This document shows, in pieces, positions 57,601 through 64,000 of a DNA stretch of 64,000 nt. The translations under genes were made by a program, and so were the position numbers. Position 1 is the first letter of the stretch. Every line of letters begins with the position of its first letter. A model generated the notes under the pieces. The model searched no databases and was not told where the DNA came from. It worked only from the letters and a program-made list of their open reading frames with translations. Source of the DNA: an uncultured virus (IMG/VR IMGVR_UViG_3300025433_000003). Taxonomy: Duplodnaviria > Heunggongvirae > Uroviricota > Caudoviricetes. Where the stretch lies: the IMG/VR virus record IMGVR_UViG_3300025433_000003. One strand, given 5' to 3'.

Positions 57601-57858
57601 TCACTAATGCTTCGATTGAATATGCCTATTCCAGTCATCCTTAAACAACTTGATAAATCTTCTCCGAATATGGTTGAAATGCCTAGTATAATTGCGTATA
57701 TTCTTAAAAAATATGTCGATTATACTCCAGAGAAAATTAAAGAAATTAAGGAGACAAAACTTGGTGGAGAATATTGTCAGTCGTGTGGAGAATATGCTGG
57801 CATATTTCAGGGTGGCTGCTTAGTTTGTCAATCATGTGGCGATAGCAAATGCGGATGA
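54685..57858 (+). CDS. nrdJ: Class II (B12-dependent) ribonucleotide reductase, intein-containing
   Basis: SLSNCY, GGCG, QNGRRAA, NP|CGEQ, PTGSIS, TSGIEP, C-terminal Zn-ribbon CQSCG..CLVCQSCGDSKCG. Confidence 0.9.
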   Translation: MTTLEKEYEEFMKVTEEFIQGVITKKYLLNDEKTYNDIINKRFLPILNNKTKLDKTKLNYIIEMFLKKRCVPAGSILSGLGNTEYTCSLSNCYYIPLNSDSLEGIFECEKEIARTFSWRGGCGLSISILRPSGCPVKNSAKTSTGAVSFMPSFSQLGHDIGQNGRRAAELIDIDCRHPDLEKFIWSKANPDRVFPKDFMTGYQPTVNFANISVQITNKFMEAVKTDSDWDLFFPETTFEKYDAEWDGNYDDWIAKGYPVKIYKTVKAKDILKQIAEASWLTGDPGIIFRDNMRNFSSCAFDPKLIPVGCNPCLPEWAPVLTPEGYKQLKDIKNEIVLGGETYECSDVFKTRELDDVYEIELMGGIKFWSTYDHEIMATKNDYKFSEPKLTKIKDLNVKDFVKMDYTPIKINIDKEEWKNGYDYVKMFDEQTDILMFNNINFQLGFIEGIYKEFGYIDKLKDVHSIDVTSKISSGLLGNTQLILCSLGIFSDILENTLRIMDADSFEDMFNLTNKTNSAVFTNFSKDKQHIKSITKLDGKFPVYDISVPGPNKFVSSAIVISNCGEQSLQSYGNCLLSAICLHKYVKNPYEPIAEFDIHTFLADTEHLVYFLDEMINLNNHPLNEQNLMDKYSRRMGIEFTGMADMISMLNMDYGSDESCDFLDDILFSKAICEIKTSIKLAKEKGYAPCFKTKKSRTAFIKQPYIQRILNNLLKTNQTEITNNIMEYGLSSPAFNTVGPTGSISIVADNCTSGIEPIYNISYYRKSRLFGDKQMKMVHLPLIKHVGPKILSLTDEEIKKKYHYQCAHEIDYITRIKVQSTVQKWTDNSISSTINLNNDATIDDIYNIYLEAYDKQLKGITIFRDGSKKGILSSTAEESSKPKEIDNKITSENITNHLSLIKDELTQTLRAYRYVRMWKGNKVYITITIDSSGKPVEIFANVPYEAGIDKSGVYHQEQLMEKKTYWDTICRLISLMLRLNMPIPVILKQLDKSSPNMVEMPSIIAYILKKYVDYTPEKIKEIKETKLGGEYCQSCGEYAGIFQGGCLVCQSCGDSKCG
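55618..56370 (+). mobile_element. Intein (251 aa) with degenerate LAGLIDADG remnant
   Basis: CLPEWAPVLTPEG, STYDHEI, FIEGIYKEFG..TQLILCSLGI, VYDISV..VISN followed by the catalytic Cys. Confidence 0.9.
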
Positions 57859-57880
57859 TATAAATATATGGAGAATCTTT

Positions 57881-58123
57881 ATGAATGTTGAATATTATTT
57901 TGAAAATTCTAACACAATTTATTTAAACAAATATTCTGAAGATTTATTAAGAACACAATTATACGATTTAAGATGTCGACAATGTGGAAAAGAAATGAGT
58001 ATAATAACATTTCAAGAAGGAACAAGTATAGTTTGTAAAGAATGTCCTTGGTCTCATAACACAGGATACACTATTGAGTGTGGAGATTTTACAAAAGAAC
58101 CACGAATTATAACTCACAATTAA
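57881..58123 (+). CDS. Small zinc-ribbon protein
   Basis: GGAG RBS; CRQCG..CKEC. Confidence 0.6.
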   Translation: MNVEYYFENSNTIYLNKYSEDLLRTQLYDLRCRQCGKEMSIITFQEGTSIVCKECPWSHNTGYTIECGDFTKEPRIITHN

Positions 58124-58174
58124 TTATATTTGACCTTGGCAAAACCCTGCCGAGGTCAAAAAAGGAGAAAATAT

Positions 58175-58942
58175 ATGGAAATTAAACCAAGAGTCAAACT
58201 ACTTTTTCCACCAACAAATCCAATAGAGACTATATATTGTGCTGCTAGCCAATGTTATTCTTCTGAGTTTATTTGTGATATAATAGGTACAGATAAATCA
58301 CCAACAATCGAAGAAATGATTACTTTAATTCTGAAAGTTATTAAAAGTGGACACACAAGTATTCTTGAACATGTTAAATATACTTTTGCAATTGATGGAG
58401 TTTCACGAGCTAATACACATCAAATTGTTCGTCATCGAATAGCATCATATTCACAACAGTCTCAAAGATATTGTGATATGTCTAAAGATGAAAGTTTTGA
58501 ATATATTATTCCTGAGTCTATACGAAATAATAAAAAAACATTGAGTCTATATATTAATTTAATGAAAGTGATAGATACTACTTATGGGAATCTAAAAGAA
58601 ATTCTATCTAAAGATTTAAAAACTTCTGAACAGGTAAATCAAGATGCTCGTTATGTTCTTCCAAATGCCTGTAGTAGTAAGATAGTCACTACGATGAATA
58701 TTCGGGCATTATTTAATTTCTTTGAATTAAGATGTTGTAATCGTGCTCAATGGGAAATCAGATATATTGCTAATGAAATGTTAAAATTATGTAAAGAAAA
58801 TTGTCCTTCAATTTTTGAACTTACTGGACCTAAATGTAAACAACTTGGATACTGTCCAGAAGGTAAATTTACTTGTGGTAAATTTATTGAAATTATGAAA
58901 GATAAAATAGTTAGGCTTAAAGGTAGTACTGTTGATATATAA
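58175..58942 (+). CDS. thyX: Flavin-dependent thymidylate synthase
   Basis: GHTSILEH, SRANTHQIVRHRIASYSQQSQRY, DARYVLP, LRCCNRAQWEIR. Confidence 0.96.
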   Translation: MEIKPRVKLLFPPTNPIETIYCAASQCYSSEFICDIIGTDKSPTIEEMITLILKVIKSGHTSILEHVKYTFAIDGVSRANTHQIVRHRIASYSQQSQRYCDMSKDESFEYIIPESIRNNKKTLSLYINLMKVIDTTYGNLKEILSKDLKTSEQVNQDARYVLPNACSSKIVTTMNIRALFNFFELRCCNRAQWEIRYIANEMLKLCKENCPSIFELTGPKCKQLGYCPEGKFTCGKFIEIMKDKIVRLKGSTVDI

Positions 58943-58984
58943 TTAGAGATTGAATAAACACATATTATTAACCCGGAGTCCCAC

Positions 58985-60181
58985 ATGCAAAAAAATTATG
59001 TAATAGATACAAACGTTTTGATTGACAATCCTGATTGTATTAAAATACTTAGAAATGGTGAGGAAAATAATATTTTCCTCCCACTTCATGTATTGATTGA
59101 ATTGGACAAACTGAAAAATGATGAAAAAATAGGTGGTTCAGTTCGAGAAGCAATAAACAGCATAGTCGAGCATAAAGACGTTATCGAAATTACATCAACA
59201 AATAACTCAATTAATGAATTTCAAAAAAACTTCGATGGAAAAATATTAGCAGATATAACAAATAACGAAGAGACAAAAAATGGTATTCTTGTAAGTAATG
59301 ATAAAATTCTTAAATTAATTTCTGAAAAAATTTATAATTATGATTGCGAAGACTTTAATGCGTCTAATCCATACTTGACAGACAGTGAAACATATACTGG
59401 ATTTTGTGAACCTGAAGTTGCTAACGAAGATCGTCCAACGAATAGTTTTACTTGGGAAAACGGCATACCAATATTCAATGGTGTAAACGAAAGTAAACCT
59501 GTGAGTTATGAAAATGTTGCCTGGGGAATAAAACCAAAAACTGTTTATCAGAATCTTGCACTTGAGTTGATGTTAAAAGATAGTATTGACTTAGTAACAA
59601 TTCAATCGAGAGCTGGTTACGGGAAAACTTTACTGGCACTGGCGGCTGCATTTCACCTGACTTTTAAAGAAAAAAAATATAAAAAGATTTATATTACTAA
59701 AACCGCATACGAACTCGATAAAGATACTGGGTTTCTTCCAGGTAATCAAGACGAAAAGTTTGCTCCAATTATGAGACCAATTGTTGATCTAATATATGAA
59801 CTTCATAATCGACAGAATTGTAATAGATTGTTTGTTGAGGGAGATTCAACAAAGGGGTTCAATAAAAAACGAATTGAAATGCTTCCATTAAACTATATCC
59901 AAGGAATGAACCTTAAAAATTGTGTTGTTATTTTTGATGAAGCACAAAATGCTGAAAGAAAGACTATGCGTGCAATTGCTACTCGATGTGGTAAAAATAC
60001 TAAGATGTTTGCTGTTGGCGATACTCGTCAAGTGATTCATCCACATATTAATGAATATAATAACGGTTTAAATTGGCTTGTTAAACTATGTACCGGTCAA
60101 CCCAACTACGCACACATGGTACTCAAAGGTAAGAACTCGAGAGGTCCAATCACAGATTTAATTCTTGGTTGTGGACTATAA
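58985..60181 (+). CDS. phoH: PIN-PhoH (PhoH2-type) protein
   Basis: YVIDTNVL..ELDKLK, AGYGKT, GFLPG, DEAQN, GDTRQ. Confidence 0.92.
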   Translation: MQKNYVIDTNVLIDNPDCIKILRNGEENNIFLPLHVLIELDKLKNDEKIGGSVREAINSIVEHKDVIEITSTNNSINEFQKNFDGKILADITNNEETKNGILVSNDKILKLISEKIYNYDCEDFNASNPYLTDSETYTGFCEPEVANEDRPTNSFTWENGIPIFNGVNESKPVSYENVAWGIKPKTVYQNLALELMLKDSIDLVTIQSRAGYGKTLLALAAAFHLTFKEKKYKKIYITKTAYELDKDTGFLPGNQDEKFAPIMRPIVDLIYELHNRQNCNRLFVEGDSTKGFNKKRIEMLPLNYIQGMNLKNCVVIFDEAQNAERKTMRAIATRCGKNTKMFAVGDTRQVIHPHINEYNNGLNWLVKLCTGQPNYAHMVLKGKNSRGPITDLILGCGL

Positions 60182-60212
60182 ACGATAAATTAAGTTTAAA
60201 AGGAATTTTTTT

Positions 60213-60638
60213 ATGATAATATTTGATTTAGATGGAACACTTTCATTAGTTGGAGATAGAGAAAAATATATCAAACAAGCAAAACCTGATTGGGATAAAT
60301 TCTTTAAAAGTTGTGGAGAAGATAAACCAAACATTCCAATTGTTAATTTATATAACACACTTAGAAAACATTATTTCATTAAAGTTGTCACAGGTCGAAG
60401 TGAGGATGTTAGAGAAATTACATTAAAATGGTTTAAACAAAACAAAATGAAATTAGAATCCAAAGATCTAATTATGCGTAAATCTGGAGATTTTCGTTCA
60501 GATACTATTATTAAACCTGAACTGATTAAACCATTTGCTGATAAAATTGAAATATTATTTGATGACAGAGATGGGGTTGTTGATATGTGGAGAAAAATGG
60601 GCTATACATGCCTTCAAGTAGCTCCAGGTAAATTCTAA
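60213..60638 (+). CDS. HAD-family phosphatase (polynucleotide 3'-phosphatase-like)
   Basis: FDLDGTL, VTGR, MR..GDFRSDTIIK, FDDR..VVDMWR. Confidence 0.88.
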   Translation: MIIFDLDGTLSLVGDREKYIKQAKPDWDKFFKSCGEDKPNIPIVNLYNTLRKHYFIKVVTGRSEDVREITLKWFKQNKMKLESKDLIMRKSGDFRSDTIIKPELIKPFADKIEILFDDRDGVVDMWRKMGYTCLQVAPGKF

Positions 60639-60683
60639 ATATTTCTAATATTCTCCTTTTTTATATATAAATAACATAATTAT

Positions 60684-60949
60684 AAACCCCACTTGTTCGG
60701 TATCGAGCTACTGAACAGACGGACACCAGAATATTCTAGGCTATAGGAATAGGGATATACATATATCTCACTAGTAAGTAGGAAGGAGGGGATTCAGAGG
60801 GAATAGCTAACTCTGATAGGTACTAACAGTTGCCGAAAAAAAACTGTAGGGCATAAACCAGAGTTGATCTGGTTGTCCAAAAAACCCTCCACCAACGGGG
60901 CTACCAGCCCAATGGAGGTTAAAATGAAGCACGAGAGTGCTTCATTTTA
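60684..60949 (+). ncRNA. Putative structured ncRNA or leader bounded by promoter motif and terminator
   Basis: TATATAAAT at 60664; GC-elevated chain of at least 7 hairpins; 13-bp terminal hairpin 60920-60949. Confidence 0.6.
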
Positions 60950-60981
60950 TATATTTGTATTTATTTAAAAAGGAGAATAAA

Positions 60982-61743
60982 ATGGGAACACACGGCAGAA
61001 ATGCAATCACAGACAAAGACGGTAATCACTATTGTTTCGAACAGAGCATGGATGGACACGATGCGTGTAGTGATTTTATGATTGAGTTTTTAGAAAAGAG
61101 AAACTACCCACAACATCCGACTATGAGTAATGATGTTGATGAGTGCGATCAAGGAACAAATTTCTGTCACATTGACTATAAACGAAAAATTTTTTATTGT
61201 GGTCAAGAAGATCCCGAAGACATATTAAACATGCCGATCGAAGAGTTTATGGATGAGTATGGCTATTGTTCAGAGGACATTGATGATATTGAAAGGATGC
61301 TATTGTTTGCGCGAACTTGTCTGGACACTAAGAAATTGAGAATTAGTCAAGGTTGGAGATTCTTATTCAATGTCGTTAAATGCCCTCATGAGTATGACTG
61401 CTATAATGCTATTCCGGCAGAGATCGACGATTTTCTAAATAACACAGTTAAATACAGACTGTGGAGTCGATCAGCAGATTACAGAGTGACACATATTTTT
61501 GAAAATTCATTAATTTGTGTTAATGAAGACATTCTTCGATATGTGTATTATGATCAAAACGAAGATGTAATTATTTCTGAATATTGTATTAAATTAACTT
61601 CTTTGGACATTGAATTTTTTAAAAAAGAAAATTTGACTGACGGGAAAGTATTAGTATATTTGAAAAATTTGTCAGAAAATTATTCTGAAATTAACTCAGG
61701 AGACGAGTTGTTGACATTTTTAAATAAGGTGTGTAAATCATAA
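60982..61743 (+). CDS. Hypothetical acidic protein
   Basis: AAGGAG RBS before ATG 60982. Confidence 0.7.
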   Translation: MGTHGRNAITDKDGNHYCFEQSMDGHDACSDFMIEFLEKRNYPQHPTMSNDVDECDQGTNFCHIDYKRKIFYCGQEDPEDILNMPIEEFMDEYGYCSEDIDDIERMLLFARTCLDTKKLRISQGWRFLFNVVKCPHEYDCYNAIPAEIDDFLNNTVKYRLWSRSADYRVTHIFENSLICVNEDILRYVYYDQNEDVIISEYCIKLTSLDIEFFKKENLTDGKVLVYLKNLSENYSEINSGDELLTFLNKVCKS

Positions 61744-61810
61744 TTAATTTTAAATGGAGTACTTGGGTGTACTTCATTTATATTTTAATTCTTAAAAAGG
61801 AGAAATTAGT

Positions 61811-62167
61811 ATGTTGATTAAAAAAGTATTTCATTTCAAAGAACTTGCATTTACTGTAATAGCAACCCCAAATGAGTATTATGTGGATTATAAAATATAT
61901 AATCATGAAGGGGAAGACGATAAAGGAAATTATCTTTTTCATAAAAAAGGAGCTGATGATTATCCAAATCCTGTAAAATCTGTTAATGATGCAGATGTAT
62001 ATATTCATGGGTCTGTAAAATGGGATGGTTGTTCTAATTGGTATTTTGATGAACAAGATAATTGTATGCTCCACGGGTGTTCTAAAGAATATATAGTTCG
62101 TTTTGGATTAATTCTTGGAGAATGTTGGGAGTTAACAAAAAAGTTATGTCCCATGTGGACTGAATAA
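61811..62167 (+). CDS. Hypothetical phage protein
   Basis: AAGGAG RBS; GSVKWDGCSN motif. Confidence 0.7.
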   Translation: MLIKKVFHFKELAFTVIATPNEYYVDYKIYNHEGEDDKGNYLFHKKGADDYPNPVKSVNDADVYIHGSVKWDGCSNWYFDEQDNCMLHGCSKEYIVRFGLILGECWELTKKLCPMWTE

Positions 62168-62358
62168 AGGAAAATGTATGCTACTTACACAAAGTAACGA
62201 AATTTCAGCATCATATTATTTCTGTCTCGTAGGACAAATAAACAGAGGCACTTGTGGCACTTGTAAATTAAGAGTTGCGAAAAAGCTTTTAATTAATGGT
62301 GAATATAGTTATCACTTAATATCCAATTAGATAAAAAATTTGATTATAAAAAGGAGAA

Positions 62359-62997
62359 ATGAATAAGATGTTTAAAGATTATCAGAAATTAGTATTTTTT
62401 GATTTTGAAACGACTGGAATTGATGTGAGTGGCGAACCTAATATTGGATGTTTCCCAATTGAGTTAGCAATGCTGGTGACAGATTGTAATTTGAATATTA
62501 TTGGGAAATCATTTTCATCGTTAATTAACTGGGACATTTTTAAAACTAAGACAATTAGGGAAAACTGGGATACTCTTGGAGCAACTAAAGTACATGGTAT
62601 TAAATTAGAAGAAGTTATGGATTGTGGAGTTTTACACAAAGCAGTATGTACTCACTGTAAAGATGATATTCTTATGCCACAGATTATTGAAATGTATTTT
62701 GAAGAGTTGAAAATTAGACATGAGGATGAGTTAATTCTTGTAAGCGATAATCCATATTTCGATTTTACGTTAATGAAAAAATTGTATAACGTTAAGATTG
62801 ATGGTGGACAAATTAAATTTCCGTTTCATTATAATTGTTACAGTCCCATGTTATTGTTTAAAGCTCTTGGAATGAATATTAATAATTGTAAATCTCATCG
62901 AGCAATGGGAGATGTAAATGCTTTATATAAATCATGTGTTATTGCATTTGATCGACTTGGAAAATTTAATAAAAAGGAAAAAATAAATGTTAAGTAA
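62359..62997 (+). CDS. DEDDh 3'-5' exonuclease (DnaQ/oligoribonuclease-like)
   Basis: FFDFETTG, IELA, VHGI, NPYFDF, HRAMGDV. Confidence 0.88.
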   Translation: MNKMFKDYQKLVFFDFETTGIDVSGEPNIGCFPIELAMLVTDCNLNIIGKSFSSLINWDIFKTKTIRENWDTLGATKVHGIKLEEVMDCGVLHKAVCTHCKDDILMPQIIEMYFEELKIRHEDELILVSDNPYFDFTLMKKLYNVKIDGGQIKFPFHYNCYSPMLLFKALGMNINNCKSHRAMGDVNALYKSCVIAFDRLGKFNKKEKINVK

Positions 62998-63544
62998 GAA
63001 CAAAAAATTGATGATTTGTTTGAATGGATGTGGGGGAGTGGGTAAAGATGAACTTGTTGAGTTTTGTCGCAACGAAGCATATAGCAAAGACACTTATATT
63101 GCTAATCTTTCAACTATTGACATGATTCGTCAAGCTGGACGTTTAATAGGATGTGTAGATAAGAAAGAAAATGATAGAAAGTTTCTATCTGATTTAAAAT
63201 GTTTATCAAAAAAATATAATAATCATCCAAGAAATTATATAAAAGATCAAATTAAGAGTTTTTGTAACGTAACTGGGAATACAATTGTATTTGTACATAG
63301 TCGTGAAATTGAGGAAATCAAAGAGTTTAAAGAATATTTTATTGAACATGGAATCGTTGACTATTTTATTAGTGTTCTTGTTAAGAACAAGAACGTTGAA
63401 AAAATAGTTAGTAATGAATCTGATGCAGGAGTTGAAGATTATGAGTACGATTACTATATTCATAATGACGGTAGTTTGGATGAGTTGAGAGATGCTGCTA
63501 AGATGTTTATTGGTAATGTTGTTAATGTTTATTTTACTGAATAA
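62987..63544 (+). CDS. P-loop nucleotide kinase-like protein
   Basis: LNGCGGVGKD, FVHSRE, YDYYIHNDGSLDEL. Confidence 0.7.
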   Translation: MLSKNKKLMICLNGCGGVGKDELVEFCRNEAYSKDTYIANLSTIDMIRQAGRLIGCVDKKENDRKFLSDLKCLSKKYNNHPRNYIKDQIKSFCNVTGNTIVFVHSREIEEIKEFKEYFIEHGIVDYFISVLVKNKNVEKIVSNESDAGVEDYEYDYYIHNDGSLDELRDAAKMFIGNVVNVYFTE

Positions 63545-63556
63545 AGGAGAAGTGAA

Positions 63557-64000
63557 TTGACTTTTGGGATTGAGAATAAGTGGCTCTTTGGGATTGGATA
63601 TATTGCTTCCATTATACTTGGAAATTTTCTCGTAGTATGGTTTGGGATTATTCAGGTTGGACCGTTTGTATTCCCCTGTGGTGCGGTTGCTATAGGCCTA
63701 ACATTCAGTCTTAGAGATTTTGTCCAAAGGGAATTTGGACATCGTGTGTGGTATTTCATGATTGTTAGTACAATTATTACAGCATTGATGAGTTTTGTTA
63801 TGGTTGATATGCCTATCCCTCCTTGGAAAGTCGCTCTTGCCTCGAGCGTTGCATTTATGGCCAGCGAATTTATCGATTGGTTAGTTTATACAATAATGAA
63901 GAAAGATATTGTATGGAGAATTACAGTAAGCAATTTGTTTAGCACTCCTATCGATTCAATACTATTTGTCGGAATCGCCTTCGGATCGTTTAACTTTCTT
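63557..64000 (+). CDS. VUT family (YhhQ-like) queuosine-precursor transporter, 3'-truncated by window edge
   Basis: Not in the ORF track; translated by hand: YIASIILGN..GLTFSLRDFVQREFG..ALASSVAFMASEFIDWLVY..SNLFSTPIDSILF. Confidence 0.85.
   Translation, partial: MTFGIENKWLFGIGYIASIILGNFLVVWFGIIQVGPFVFPCGAVAIGLTFSLRDFVQREFGHRVWYFMIVSTIITALMSFVMVDMPIPPWKVALASSVAFMASEFIDWLVYTIMKKDIVWRITVSNLFSTPIDSILFVGIAFGSFNFL

Noticed and set aside
62159..63548. 13-bp direct repeat ACTGAATAAAGGA at two gene ends
   Set aside because: Short and largely stop codon plus RBS; too weak to call a cassette boundary without comparative data.

Overview
AT-rich segment of a large (jumbo-type) bacteriophage genome, with essentially all genes on the + strand and the standard genetic code. 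It encodes replication and nucleotide-metabolism functions: topoisomerase II B C-terminus, three SF2 helicases, NAD ligase, RNase HI, FEN-like exonuclease, SSBs, HU-like proteins, class II RNR, ThyX, dUTPase and PhoH. A family-B DNA polymerase is split over at least two, probably three, genes and carries two mini-inteins. Phage multi-subunit RNA polymerase subunits are also split: there are two different beta-prime catalytic subunits, and five group I introns whose splice junctions can be read from the sequence interrupt beta and beta-prime genes. Also present are three free-standing HNH endonucleases, a 7-deazaguanine pathway (FolE2, QueE, TGT/DpdA-like, VUT transporter), an internally deleted IscB/omega-RNA element, and a few virion genes (neck-like, PAAR). 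The best candidate for an undescribed system is a helical protein gene (5644-6270) followed by a ~335-nt structured RNA with about 12 tandem NTYAAAN heptamers; the same heptamer also occurs in that gene's own leader. Other notable features are further orphan structured RNAs, a shared anti-RBS leader fold upstream of two HNH genes, a dispersed TTTTTGGCCTCGGC element, a recurrent TATATAAAT promoter-like motif, and repeated gene insertions flanked by duplicated gene starts. All family assignments come from motif recognition by eye; no searches were run.
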